This document shows, in pieces, positions 1-9,752 of a stretch of 64,000 bases of DNA; position 1 is the first letter of the stretch; each line of letters starts with the position of its first letter. The stretch lies in the NCBI GenBank assembly GCA_044450345.1, contig JBIOIY010000002.1, positions 32,001 through 96,000 on the forward strand, in the 5' to 3' direction. Below the pieces are notes generated by a model. That model had not been told where the DNA came from. It saw nothing but the letters and a program-made list of their open reading frames with translations, and ran no database searches. The position numbers and the translations under genes were made by a program. The stretch is from Thermodesulfovibrionales bacterium. GTDB taxonomy: Bacteria > Nitrospirota > Thermodesulfovibrionia > Thermodesulfovibrionales > UBA6898.

Positions 1-570
1 ATCGCTCAGGACCTGACCAAGATGCAGATAGACACGAATGTGGCGGAGGCGGACGTCGGAAGAATAAAGGTCGGGCAGGAGGTTGATTTCACTGTCGACG
101 CCTATCCCGATACCACCTTCAAGGGCAGGGTGGGGCAGATCAGGATCGCGCCGATCACCGTACAGAATGTCGTCACCTATGACGTGGTCATCGTTGTCGA
201 CAATCAGCAGCTAAAGCTTATGCCGGGGATGACCGCCAATGTCTCCGTCATAGTGGAGGAAAAGAAAGACGTGCTCAAGGCGCCGAATGCGGCCCTGAGG
301 TTCAAGCCGACCGATCGGACAAAGGGAGGTCCTGCTGATCTGGCAAAAGGAGGTTCGGCCGCTAAGGCCAAGGGCGGGACCGGCGAAAAGGGGCCCGGAG
401 TATGGATCATCGAAAACGAAAAACCCAAGCGCATTCGGGTTGGCGTAGGTATAAGTGACGGGAGTTATACGGAACTCGTTTCAGGCGGATTGAAGGAGGG
501 GCAGGACGTAATAGTAGAGTCCCTTACCAAACCGAAGCAGCAGTCTTCGACAGGACCCAGGATGTTTTAA
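1..570 (+). CDS. MacA-like efflux periplasmic adaptor subunit (5' truncated by window edge)
   Basis: Frame open from base 1; VAEADVGRIKVGQ...FTVDAYP...LMPGMTANV motifs typical of membrane-fusion proteins; directly upstream of ABC ATPase and permease. Confidence 0.85.
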   Translation: MAQDLTKMQIDTNVAEADVGRIKVGQEVDFTVDAYPDTTFKGRVGQIRIAPITVQNVVTYDVVIVVDNQQLKLMPGMTANVSVIVEEKKDVLKAPNAALRFKPTDRTKGGPADLAKGGSAAKAKGGTGEKGPGVWIIENEKPKRIRVGVGISDGSYTELVSGGLKEGQDVIVESLTKPKQQSSTGPRMF

Positions 571-1266
571 ATGGCGCTCATAGAAGCAAGGGAGATCGAT
601 AAGACTTACCGGCTTGGCGATTTCGAACTGCATGCACTGGCCCAGGTATCTACTGTTATAGAAAAGGGCGAGTTCGTTGCGGTGATGGGACCTTCAGGAT
701 CAGGGAAATCAACGTTTATGAATATCATGGGTTGTCTCGACAAGCCGACTGCCGGCCACTATCTCCTTGAAGGGATCGATGTGGGCGGCCTGGACAGGGA
801 CGAGCTTGCCGGCATAAGGAACAAGAAACTGGGCTTCGTCTTCCAGGGATTCAATCTCCTTGCCCGGACCTCGGCGGTCGAAAACGTCGAACTCCCGATG
901 CTCTATGACGGCCTTACCGCCAGGGAGAGGCGGAGCAGGGCCATGGAGGCGCTGAAGAGCGTCGGACTCGAAGGGAGAGAAGGGCACCATCCGAACCAGC
1001 TCTCGGGAGGTCAGCAGCAGAGGGTTGCGATTGCGCGGGCGCTTGTGAATAACGCGCCTATCATACTTGCCGACGAGCCCACCGGCAACCTCGATACGAA
1101 AACCAGCGCGGAGATTATGGAACTCTTCGTGAGACTGAATACGAAATCCAGCATTACCATCATCGTCGTCACCCATGAGCCTGATATCGCCACATACAGT
1201 AAGAGGATAATCAAGTTTCTCGACGGGCGCATCATCAGCGATACACACCAAGAGGGAAGGTCATGA
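571..1266 (+). CDS. MacB/LolD-family ABC transporter ATP-binding protein
   Basis: Walker A GPSGSGKST, LSGGQQQRV signature, ILADEPTGNLD. Confidence 0.95.
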   Translation: MALIEAREIDKTYRLGDFELHALAQVSTVIEKGEFVAVMGPSGSGKSTFMNIMGCLDKPTAGHYLLEGIDVGGLDRDELAGIRNKKLGFVFQGFNLLARTSAVENVELPMLYDGLTARERRSRAMEALKSVGLEGREGHHPNQLSGGQQQRVAIARALVNNAPIILADEPTGNLDTKTSAEIMELFVRLNTKSSITIIVVTHEPDIATYSKRIIKFLDGRIISDTHQEGRS

Positions 1267-2492
1267 TAAATATTCCTTCCACCGTAAAAATATCCCTTAG
1301 GGCCTTGAGGGTGAACAAGATGCGCTCCGCCCTTACCATGCTCGGCATCATCATCGGAGTGGGCGCGGTCATTGCGATGCTTGCCGTCGGTACCGGCGCA
1401 AGCATGCAGATAGCGGCCCAGATTTCAAGCATGGGGAGCAACCTTCTTATTATCCTGCCCGGTGCGACAACATCGGGAGGTGTTAGGATGGGATCGGGCA
1501 CTCAACCTACACTCACCATGGGAGATGCCGAGGCGATACAGAAGGAATCGCCGGCGGTTTCGGATGTCGCCCCTGTGCTGAACGGTGTGGCGCAGGTCGT
1601 GAACGGCCATCAGAACTGGTCGACCGGGGTACAGGGGACCACGCCCGGCATGCTGAACGTTAGGGACTGGCAGCTGTCGTCCGGCAGGCCGTTTACTGAT
1701 CAGGACGTAAAGAGCGCCACAAAGGTCTGCCTGCTGGGACAGACGGTTGTGGACAACCTTTTCGGGGACGAGAACCCGGTAGGGCAGGTCATCAGGATCA
1801 AGTCGGTACCGTTTGTGGTGGCAGGGGTGCTGGCCGAAAAAGGTCAGTCTCCCAACGGCCAGGACCAGGACGATACGATCTATATCCCGGTGACTACAGC
1901 GCAGAAAAAGCTTTTCGGGACCTCTTTCCCGGGCATGGTCCGGATTATCATGGTGAAGGCCAGGAGCGCTGAAGACCTCGGTCCGGCGGAAAAGCAGGTA
2001 ACGGAGCTGATCAGGCAGAGGCACCACATCGGACAGAAACAGGAGAACGATTTTTCGGTCAGGAACCTCACCCAGGTCATGCAGGCGGCTGAACAGTCTA
2101 CCAAGGTGATGACGCTCCTCCTTGGAGCGATAGCCTCGGTCTCCCTCCTTGTCGGCGGCATCGGTATCATGAACATCATGCTCGTCTCAGTGACCGAAAG
2201 GACAAGGGAGATCGGCATCAGGATGGCAATCGGTGCAAAGACATGGGACATAAGGCTGCAGTTCATCATCGAGGCGCTTACTCTTTCGTTGATGGGCGGC
2301 GTAATCGGCATTATCTTCGGGATATCGGGTTCGAAGATAATTGCGATGGTCGCAGGATGGACCACGGTGGTCTCACCTTTGTCGGTAGTGATGGCCTTCG
2401 GTTTTTCAGGCCTCGTCGGAATATTCTTCGGGTTCTATCCGGCTTACAAGGCATCGCTCCTCGACCCGATAGAGGCATTGAGATATGAATAG
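1263..2492 (+). CDS. MacB/FtsX-family ABC transporter permease
   Basis: RSALTMLGIIIGV, GGIGIMNIMLVSVTERTREIGIR, PIEALRYE motifs; ATGA overlap with ATPase gene. Confidence 0.95.
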   Translation: MINIPSTVKISLRALRVNKMRSALTMLGIIIGVGAVIAMLAVGTGASMQIAAQISSMGSNLLIILPGATTSGGVRMGSGTQPTLTMGDAEAIQKESPAVSDVAPVLNGVAQVVNGHQNWSTGVQGTTPGMLNVRDWQLSSGRPFTDQDVKSATKVCLLGQTVVDNLFGDENPVGQVIRIKSVPFVVAGVLAEKGQSPNGQDQDDTIYIPVTTAQKKLFGTSFPGMVRIIMVKARSAEDLGPAEKQVTELIRQRHHIGQKQENDFSVRNLTQVMQAAEQSTKVMTLLLGAIASVSLLVGGIGIMNIMLVSVTERTREIGIRMAIGAKTWDIRLQFIIEALTLSLMGGVIGIIFGISGSKIIAMVAGWTTVVSPLSVVMAFGFSGLVGIFFGFYPAYKASLLDPIEALRYE

Positions 2493-2594
2493 ACTAGCAT
2501 TTGATTCCACCCCTAAGATAACGCCCCCAGCTCCCTGCCTGCCCTCAGACATGGCGCTCTCCCCCTCTTTAACAAAGAGGGGGGTAGGGGAGTT

Positions 2595-3899
2595 ATGATT
2601 CCTGCGCTTCTCTTGCTGAGCATTGCCGGTGCATTCTTCTCGGTGCATTCCGTATCAGCCGAGGTGTTGACGCTTTCTGAAGGGTTGAGGCTTGTAACCC
2701 AAAACAGCAGACTCATCAGGATATCTCTTGGCGATGAAAAAATATCCGAGGCCGATTCGTGGATCGAAAAAGCCAGGCTATACCCCGCGGTAAACGCAGC
2801 GGCGAGCGGAACCATGCTCGCTCACCAGCCAGGCGCGATATTCGGCGACCTTGCGGTCCCTATGTCACAGAAGGACTTTTATGCATACAGCCTGAACATC
2901 CGGCAGACCCTTTACGATTTCAGGGAGAACGCCTCCAGATACGGGTCGTCCAAAATGAAGGTCGAGGCGAGGAAGCTCGATACGCGCAGGGTCAGGAACC
3001 TTGCGGCGATCGAGTTTGCGGTCATCTATTTCGACATCCTCGAATCAGAGAAGATGGCCTATGTCGCTGAGAAAGAGGTCGAGAGGCTCGAATCCCATCT
3101 GAGAGATGCGAACAACCTCTATGAAGAGGGTGCGATTACGAAGAACGACCTGCTTCAGGCAGAGGTGAGGCTTTCAGACGCAAGGCAGAGGCTCCTGACT
3201 GCAAGGACAGGCAGGGAGATAAATGCCTCCCGTATGAACAATTCACTTGCCAGGCCGCTTAAGACAAAGGTCGAGGTGGTCGACGTGAGGGAAATTCCGC
3301 CGGAGGTCCTGGATATTCACATGGACATGGAAAATGCCTGGGAGGCAGCTGAAAAGCAGAGGCCCGAGATACAGATCGTAGACGCCACGCTCAAATCTCT
3401 CGACCTCGACGAAGAGGCGAAGAAGGCTGAATTCTACCCGAAGCTCTTTGCAGAGGGTTCATACGATTATACCCAGAACCGCTACCAGACGCCCCAGGGG
3501 AATTGGGCCGCCGTCCTCGGTCTCGGCATCAACCTTTTCAGCGGCGGAAAGACAAAGGCCGAAGTGGCGAAGGTCCGGTTCCAGAAGGAGAAGTTGATAG
3601 AGCAGAGGAATCAGCTCGTAGATGAGATAAAACTTGAAGTGGAAAGATATGTCCTCGACTCGAAGACCGCACGGGAGAGGGTACAGGTCACGAAGGACGC
3701 GGTCCTCCAGGCAGAGGAAAATCTGAGAATTAACAGGGTGAGGTATACGGAGGGCGTCGGCACTGCCACTGAAGTCCTCGACGCGGTGACATTGCTCTCC
3801 GTTGCAGAGACGAATTACTATAGATCGGTCTATGACTTAGGGAAGTCAGAGATATCGGTGCTCTATGCGATCGGGAAAGACCTGGTGGAGGTTTATTAA
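2595..3899 (+). CDS. TolC-family outer membrane efflux protein
   Basis: Signal peptide, two OEP-type repeats (YEEGAITKNDLLQA; YTEGVGTATEVLDA), efflux context. Confidence 0.9.
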   Translation: MIPALLLLSIAGAFFSVHSVSAEVLTLSEGLRLVTQNSRLIRISLGDEKISEADSWIEKARLYPAVNAAASGTMLAHQPGAIFGDLAVPMSQKDFYAYSLNIRQTLYDFRENASRYGSSKMKVEARKLDTRRVRNLAAIEFAVIYFDILESEKMAYVAEKEVERLESHLRDANNLYEEGAITKNDLLQAEVRLSDARQRLLTARTGREINASRMNNSLARPLKTKVEVVDVREIPPEVLDIHMDMENAWEAAEKQRPEIQIVDATLKSLDLDEEAKKAEFYPKLFAEGSYDYTQNRYQTPQGNWAAVLGLGINLFSGGKTKAEVAKVRFQKEKLIEQRNQLVDEIKLEVERYVLDSKTARERVQVTKDAVLQAEENLRINRVRYTEGVGTATEVLDAVTLLSVAETNYYRSVYDLGKSEISVLYAIGKDLVEVY

Positions 3900-4083
3900 G
3901 TAGCTGACAGCGGATAGCGATCAGCATTCAGCTAAGAATAAAGGCATGATGATCGCTTGAAAGATGCGGATAGCATTCAGCAATCAGATGAGAATAGAGG
4001 TGGCATTGAAGACTAGCGGCTTATGGCTTGGAAGGTATTTCGCTGACAGCTGATCGCTGATGGCTAATAAAGGTGAGGATAAA

Positions 4084-5199
4084 ATGGATGAAATAAAACA
4101 AAACGAGGGTAATCAGCCCGTCAACAACAGCCAAAGTAGAAAGAAGGCAGCCTTGATTGTCTTTGCCGTCCTTGCGATCATCGGCGCCGTCGTAGTCTTT
4201 TTTTATTTGCAGTATAAGAGCACTCATATCACCACAGACGACGCGTTTATAGACGGGCATATCCATACGATAGCGGCAAAGATAAATGGGACGGTGAAGA
4301 CGGTCTTTGTGGAACATAATCAATTGGTCAAGCAGGGTGACATCCTTGTCGAGGTAGATCCGATTGATTACGATGTTAAGGTAAACGAGGCAGCATCTGC
4401 AGTCAATGCGGAAAAGGCAAAGCTTACCGAAAGGGAGGCGGGGATTGAGGCCTCGAAGAAATTACTGGCAGAGCTTGGGGCAAGACTTGAGGCCGCAAAA
4501 GCGAACCTGCAACTTCAGGAGGCCAACTTTAAGCAGGCCGAGATTGATGTGCGCCGGGCCGAGGGGCTTTTCAAAAAAGATACAATCTCGAAAGAGAGAC
4601 TCGAAAGGGTGCAGACCGCATTCGATGTCTCAAAGGCACAGGTCAAGTCAGCAAGGGAACTCCTGAAGCAGGCCGAGGTTGCGCTCGAAACCCAGCGGGC
4701 CATGGTCAAGCAATCAGAGGCCGCAAGAGCGACGCAATCGGCAACTGTGAAGCAAAAGGAAGCAACCTTAGAAACAGCAAAGCTGAATTCGGGCTATACA
4801 AAGGTTGTTGCGCCGATAGATGGTTATGTGACGAAGAAGTCTGTAGAGGTGGGCAACCAAATACAGGCGGGACAGCCTATCATGGCGGTTGTACCCCTTA
4901 GCGATATTTATTTGACTGCGAATTACAAAGAGACCCAGCTTGAGAAGGTGAGGCCGGGCCAGAAAGTTGATATCAAGGTCGATACGTATCCGGGGAAGAT
5001 ATTTAAAGGTAAGGTCGAAAGCATCATGGCCGGTACCGGCGCGGTGTTTTCCTTGTTCCCACCGGAGAATGCTACGGGGAATTTTGTGAAGGTTGTCCAG
5101 AGGATACCGGTCAAGATTGTGTTTGATAAGGATACCGACCCCGAGCATGTGTTGAGAATGGGGATGTCGGTGGAGCCGACGGTGATTGTGGAAAAATAG
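4084..5199 (+). CDS. emrA: EmrA/HlyD-family multidrug efflux adaptor
   Basis: TDDAFI motif, single TM, FSLFPPENATGNFVKVVQRIPVKI signature; start placed at ATG after GAGG (ORF track starts at 4060). Confidence 0.88.
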   Translation: MDEIKQNEGNQPVNNSQSRKKAALIVFAVLAIIGAVVVFFYLQYKSTHITTDDAFIDGHIHTIAAKINGTVKTVFVEHNQLVKQGDILVEVDPIDYDVKVNEAASAVNAEKAKLTEREAGIEASKKLLAELGARLEAAKANLQLQEANFKQAEIDVRRAEGLFKKDTISKERLERVQTAFDVSKAQVKSARELLKQAEVALETQRAMVKQSEAARATQSATVKQKEATLETAKLNSGYTKVVAPIDGYVTKKSVEVGNQIQAGQPIMAVVPLSDIYLTANYKETQLEKVRPGQKVDIKVDTYPGKIFKGKVESIMAGTGAVFSLFPPENATGNFVKVVQRIPVKIVFDKDTDPEHVLRMGMSVEPTVIVEK

Positions 5200-5206
5200 T
5201 GTTTGA

Positions 5207-5482
5207 TCATAAAATCACTCGGGGATATGAATGACAAAGCCAGACTAAAACAGTTGACACTATCGGCCCAACGAGCAACAAAAGAATCATCCACGGATCA
5301 TTGAGTTGCACTAATCCAGTAATGGTAATGGCTAAAATTGCCCATGCGGTGGTAACAAAAAATTTGAAAAGGGAGACAAATCTGTCAGCATGTGCAGAGA
5401 GCTCATTGTAGTGGATTGATAGAAGAGTCATTAGGCTCTCTTGTGTTAATCTAACGCCTTTATTGTCCGAATGCCAAGTCAT
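5207..5482 (-). CDS. hypothetical small two-TM membrane protein (AT-rich)
   Basis: 91-aa ORF with two hydrophobic stretches in an AT-rich patch; no family recognised. Confidence 0.35.
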   Translation of the reverse strand: MTWHSDNKGVRLTQESLMTLLSIHYNELSAHADRFVSLFKFFVTTAWAILAITITGLVQLNDPWMILLLLVGPIVSTVLVWLCHSYPRVIL

Positions 5483-5713
5483 TTCATAACCACTTTAAAG
5501 TGTTTCCCGCGCTCTGTGGTCTTGGTATTAATGCATTGTTGAAATCCAACAATGTTACTCTAATCTACCGTTATCCGATTTGACTGTTAATCATTAAGTA
5601 TTGCAGAATTATCTTATTGTGTGCGTGAAGTGGCGGGGCCTGGCTTTGTTTATTTGTTTTTACTGCAATGGCGGGCTTGGGCAATGGGAGCTCATATATG
5701 TTTAGATCATCCC

Positions 5714-6001
5714 CTACACCCCTATGGGCCAGTAAACGTCATCATGCCTTCCGATATCAACCGGAATTATCTCATTTTCGGTTATTACGAATGCGATGAC
5801 GATCCTGTAGGCGAAGTTTATGGAGACCGCGTGTTTACCGAGAAACTTTCCCTTCAGTTTGTGCAATCTTAGAGCGGGATGGGCCGGATTTGCTTCGAGG
5901 AGTTTCAGTATCTTCTTGTATCGTTCTACCAGTTCGGGATGTTTCTTTATGAACGCCGCTTCCCGTCTCTGGTAGCTTTCGGTGAAGACGAGCCGGTACA
6001 C
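5714..6001 (-). CDS. RelE/ParE-superfamily type II toxin (mRNA interferase-like)
   Basis: 95 aa basic protein, HPALRLHKLKG...SINFAYRIV...VDIGRHDDVY; stop/start overlap with upstream antitoxin. Confidence 0.85.
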   Translation of the reverse strand: MYRLVFTESYQRREAAFIKKHPELVERYKKILKLLEANPAHPALRLHKLKGKFLGKHAVSINFAYRIVIAFVITENEIIPVDIGRHDDVYWPIGV

Positions 6002-6249
6002 TAAATGCCGATCCTCTTGAAGTGTTTTTCGGCGGTCTCAACGACGAAGCGGCCTTTCTTATAGTCCTCCTCCGCCTCGCGGACGGCCATTTCAAGGTCG
6101 GCCTCTTTCAGGCGCTCGTATTCCTCGATCGGCAGCAAAACAAAGCGGCTCTTGCCCCGGACGGAGATGAAGATTTCCTTGTATTTCCGCAGAAGACCCT
6201 CCAGATATGATATCCCTTTTGTCTTCAACTCGTTCGCAGTAACGATCAT
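6001..6249 (-). CDS. Phd/YefM-family antitoxin
   Basis: MIVTANELKTKG...ISVRGKSRFVLLPIEEYERL; GGAGGT RBS before ATG at 6249. Confidence 0.85.
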   Translation of the reverse strand: MIVTANELKTKGISYLEGLLRKYKEIFISVRGKSRFVLLPIEEYERLKEADLEMAVREAEEDYKKGRFVVETAEKHFKRIGI

Positions 6250-6474
6250 GTCTTTTACCTCCCTAGCAATAGTACTCTTAAAAGTATTATATATAGTTCT
6301 CTGAAAAATGCCAAATGAAAACGACATCATGGGAATACAGCATACATGGTTGACCTCAATAAGACAGGATGATAAAGAAATACAGCTTCAGGAGTCCCGG
6401 ACCTCCTTCGAACGGTTGAAAATGACCATAAATAATGCTACTATTTCTATGTATAACTTTCATGGAGGTTTGTC

Positions 6475-6684
6475 ATGTCAAGAACTACCATAACCCTTCC
6501 CGGGGACCTCGTAGACGAACTGATGTCCGAGGTGAAGGCAAAGAGCAAGACCGAGGCCGTGATCAGGGCAGTCAAGGATGAAATACGGGCGCTGAAAAAG
6601 GAAAAGATAAAGGCCATGGCCGGTAAGATGGAATTTACCAAATCGGCCGAGGAACTGAGGCACAAGGACAGGCGTCTTGGATAA
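6475..6684 (+). CDS. vapB: VapB-like antitoxin (ribbon-helix-helix type)
   Basis: MSRTTITLPGDLVDELM...SKTEAVIRAV; GGAGG RBS; overlaps PIN gene. Confidence 0.8.
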   Translation: MSRTTITLPGDLVDELMSEVKAKSKTEAVIRAVKDEIRALKKEKIKAMAGKMEFTKSAEELRHKDRRLG

Positions 6685-7069
6685 GGTTTTGGTCGATACA
6701 TCGGCCTGGATAGAGTTCTTCCGGAAGAAAGAACCTTATTACAAGATCATTTCGGATTTAATGGAGCATGATAAGGTCTGTTGTATAGGGATCGTTATTG
6801 CGGAACTCCTGCAAGGGGCAAAATCAGGCAAGGAACTGAGCACGTTAAAGGAGTTCGTCCATGTCTTCGATCTGCTGCCTGAGACGGCGGCCCTATGGCA
6901 GAGGGCAGGGGAATTGTCCTTCAACTTAAAGAAAAAAGGCGTGTCTGTGGGACTGTCGGACTGCTATATCGCATCCATTGCAGAAGCGGCAGATATCAGG
7001 CTTCTCACCCTGGACAAACACTTCTCTTCCATCGTCGGGGAGACCGGGCTGAATTTGTATAAGGTCTAA
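6677..7069 (+). CDS. vapC: VapC PIN-domain toxin
   Basis: VLVDTSAWIEFF, AELLQG, SDCYIA, LTLDKHF acidic PIN motifs. Confidence 0.9.
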   Translation: MDKVLVDTSAWIEFFRKKEPYYKIISDLMEHDKVCCIGIVIAELLQGAKSGKELSTLKEFVHVFDLLPETAALWQRAGELSFNLKKKGVSVGLSDCYIASIAEAADIRLLTLDKHFSSIVGETGLNLYKV

Positions 7070-7104
7070 CTTTTGTTTCTTTTGTCGACCTGATAAACTA
7101 CCGG

Positions 7105-7884
7105 ATGGATGAGTGGAAGAAAAACGTCTATTTTGTCCTTGTGGAACCGAAGGAAGCCGGCAATATCGGCGCGTCGGCGAGGGCGATAAAGAACATGGGG
7201 TTCGGAAACCTTTGTCTCGTTAAGCCGCCTCCTGAGATGTCTGAAGAGGGGAGATGGTTCGCCCGCAACGCCCATGACGTTCTCGATGCCGCGGAGGTCT
7301 ATGATTCCGTTGGGGAGGCGATAAAGGACAAGGCGTTAGTCGTTGGGACGACGAGAAGGAAGGGGAAGAGGCGCGGCGTGATATTGCCGGTAGAAAAAGG
7401 GGTGACAAGGGTCTGCGACATAGCCGCGGACAATAAGGTCGCCATCCTCTTCGGCAGGGAGGCGAGGGGTCTTTTTAACGAAGAGGTCGAGGAATGCGGC
7501 TTTATGCTCAACATCCCAAGCAGTAAGATCCAGCCTTCTTTGAACCTGGCCCAGGCCGTCTTGCTCACCGCATACGAACTTTCGAAATGCGGATATGGGA
7601 CTGAGGACGCGCGGTGCGACATCGGAAAAAAGAAATTGAACAACTGGACCCTGAAAGGGGACCTTGCGGGCCATGGAGAGGTCGATCCGTTATATGCGAG
7701 GATCTCGGGCGTGCTGGAGCTGCTCGATTACATCCCGAGGGGTGACAGGAACCTGAGAGAAAAAATCATCACGAACCTGAAGCATTTTATCGGAAGGGCA
7801 GGACTTACCGAGTGGGAGCTGAACATGCTCCACGGCATATGCACCCAGATCGAAAAAAAGGTGCCGAAGAGGTCGGGAAGTTAA
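7105..7884 (+). CDS. trmJ: TrmJ/LasT-family SPOUT tRNA/rRNA methyltransferase
   Basis: VLVEPKEAGNIGASARAIKNMG, LFGREARGL, SLNLAQAV. Confidence 0.85.
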   Translation: MDEWKKNVYFVLVEPKEAGNIGASARAIKNMGFGNLCLVKPPPEMSEEGRWFARNAHDVLDAAEVYDSVGEAIKDKALVVGTTRRKGKRRGVILPVEKGVTRVCDIAADNKVAILFGREARGLFNEEVEECGFMLNIPSSKIQPSLNLAQAVLLTAYELSKCGYGTEDARCDIGKKKLNNWTLKGDLAGHGEVDPLYARISGVLELLDYIPRGDRNLREKIITNLKHFIGRAGLTEWELNMLHGICTQIEKKVPKRSGS

Positions 7885-7896
7885 TAGAGGAACTTC

Positions 7897-9438
7897 GTGA
7901 ATAAGTGGAGTAAATGGATCATCGCCCTGACAGTCATGCTTCCGACGCTGATCGAGATCATCGACACCTCCGTGGTGAACGTGTCGCTCGATCATATCAG
8001 GGGCAGTCTGTCGGCCGGCATCGACGAGTCTACCTGGACGATTACCTCTTATCTTGTCTCAAACGCGATCATCATTCCTATGACCGGTTGGTTGAGCAGG
8101 CTCTTCGGCAGAAAGCGGTACCTCGTCATTTCAGTAACGCTCTTTACCATTAGCTCTTTCCTCTGCGGTATGGCATGGAACCTCCAGAGCCTTGTTATTT
8201 TCAGGATACTTCAGGGCGTAGGCGGCGGCGCCCTCCAGCCGATATCACAATCCATATTGCTCGAGACCTTTCCCCGAAAACAGCACGGCATGGCGATGGC
8301 CCTTTTCGGGGTCGGAATAATGTTCGGCCCTATTATCGGGCCGGTACTGGGAGGCTGGATCACTGACAACTGGTCGTGGCACTGGATATTCTTCATAAAC
8401 ATCCCGATCGGGATCGTTTCGGTCCTTATGATACTTTTATTCATACAAGACCCGCCCTATATGCAGCGGATGAAGATGAAGATCGATTACTGGGGACTTG
8501 CGCTTCTGAGTGTCGGGCTGGGCTGTCTGCAGATAGTCCTCGACAAAGGCCAGAGAGACGACTGGTTTTCTTCGGAATATATAACGGTTCTGACCCTTAT
8601 TTCTGTCATTTCCCTATTCCTTTTTGTGATTGTAGAGCGCTTTTTCGCCGAGCATCCCATAGTAAACTTCAAGACCTTCAGGAACCTCTCCTTCAGTACA
8701 GGCAACGCCGTGATGTTTTTTGCCTTCTTCAACCTCTTCGGCAGCATCGTGCTGCTTCCGATATACCTGCAGACCCTTATGGGATACAGCTCCACTTTAG
8801 CGGGAATGGTGCTCGGCCCCGGGGGTATTGCTACATTGATCGCAATGCCGATCGCCGGCAGGCTTGTGACGAGGGTGAACCCCAAGGCACTCCTTGCCTT
8901 CGGCATTATAGTTGCCGCGTATTCAACGCACCTTATGTCTCAGTTCAGCCTCCAGGCAGATTTCAACACGGTCATCTGGCCGAGAATAGTCCTCGGCGTC
9001 GGCATGGGGTTCCTCTTTATCCCTCTGACGACGATGACGATGTCGAGCATCAAAAAGGAGGACATGGGAAATGCATCTGCCATATACAATCTCCTTCGGA
9101 ACCTCGGGGGGAGTTTCGGCGTCGCCTTTGTCACGACGATCATCGCCAGAGGCGCCCAGACGCACCAGGCGCATCTGGTGGAGCATGTTACGCCCTTCGA
9201 CAGGGGCTACCAGATGGCAGCTTCACAGGCGGCGCATGCGCTGAAGTACTCGGGAATAAATCCCGCCGTTACAGACAGCGCAGGGCCGGGTATGATATAC
9301 GGGCAGCTCCTTCGCCAGGCGTCGATGCTTTCTTTTAATGAAGCATTCCACCTCCTCAGCATCTTCATGATCCTGATACTGCCGCTCGTTTTTCTTATGA
9401 AGAAAGCGAAGGCCGAGACGCAACCCGGGATGCATTAG
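7897..9438 (+). CDS. emrB: EmrB/QacA (DHA2) MFS efflux permease
   Basis: DTSVVNVSL, WTITSYL, GPVLGGWITDNWSWHWIFFINIPIG; many TM segments. Confidence 0.93.
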   Translation: MNKWSKWIIALTVMLPTLIEIIDTSVVNVSLDHIRGSLSAGIDESTWTITSYLVSNAIIIPMTGWLSRLFGRKRYLVISVTLFTISSFLCGMAWNLQSLVIFRILQGVGGGALQPISQSILLETFPRKQHGMAMALFGVGIMFGPIIGPVLGGWITDNWSWHWIFFINIPIGIVSVLMILLFIQDPPYMQRMKMKIDYWGLALLSVGLGCLQIVLDKGQRDDWFSSEYITVLTLISVISLFLFVIVERFFAEHPIVNFKTFRNLSFSTGNAVMFFAFFNLFGSIVLLPIYLQTLMGYSSTLAGMVLGPGGIATLIAMPIAGRLVTRVNPKALLAFGIIVAAYSTHLMSQFSLQADFNTVIWPRIVLGVGMGFLFIPLTTMTMSSIKKEDMGNASAIYNLLRNLGGSFGVAFVTTIIARGAQTHQAHLVEHVTPFDRGYQMAASQAAHALKYSGINPAVTDSAGPGMIYGQLLRQASMLSFNEAFHLLSIFMILILPLVFLMKKAKAETQPGMH

Positions 9439-9453
9439 GCACGGATAATTTAC

Positions 9454-9565
9454 AAACAGGAGAAGACCATCTTTTTTTTCTCCAGGGAATCCGTCTGTGA
9501 CGGACGCTCATTATCGGTCCCGAAGGCTTTCGGGAAAGCCGCTCAAAGACAGTCCTCTCCTGTTT
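9454..9565. repeat. Modular hairpin repeat, copy 1 (diverged)
   Basis: Outer arms aaacaggagaagaccatcttt / aaagacagtcctctcctgttt; shares cgctcatt and aagccgctcaaagacag with copies at 10057 and 12312. Confidence 0.7.
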
Positions 9566-9596
9566 GATTAAGAGGTAATATATCGTGACATTTGTT

Positions 9597-9625
9597 TTGA
9601 CATTTACTTTGAGAATATGTATCAT
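9597..9625 (+). promoter_or_regulatory. sigma70-type promoter of the cold-shock gene
   Basis: TTGACA-17 bp-TATCAT, about 130 bp upstream of csp ATG. Confidence 0.7.
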
Positions 9626-9660
9626 CATCATGAAGTTTAAGGAGTTTTTGTTTCTGAAGA

Positions 9661-9694
9661 GGCCGCAAAGACTTTTAGCTTTGTGGCCTTTTTT
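9661..9694 (+). promoter_or_regulatory. Terminator-like hairpin in csp 5' leader (putative attenuator)
   Basis: ggccgcaaag-8 nt-ctttgtggcc followed by T6, between promoter and RBS. Confidence 0.55.
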
Positions 9695-9752
9695 GTTGAG
9701 GCGGTGCAGTCACATCCCGAGACTTTAGTTTATACGTAAGGAGGATACCGAT

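Noticed and set aside
2549..2593. ccccctcttt-aac-aaagaggggg hairpin before tolC
   Set aside because: A real REP-like hairpin, but single copy in this window, so no family or function can be supported.
6308..6370. Possible HepT/DUF86 toxin N-terminal remnant (NDIMGIQH/MVD)
   Set aside because: Similarity covers too few residues and needs a frameshift; cannot be supported.
8376..9338. 320-aa alternative-frame ORF
   Set aside because: Lies wholly inside emrB; Arg/Pro-rich composition typical of off-frame reading.
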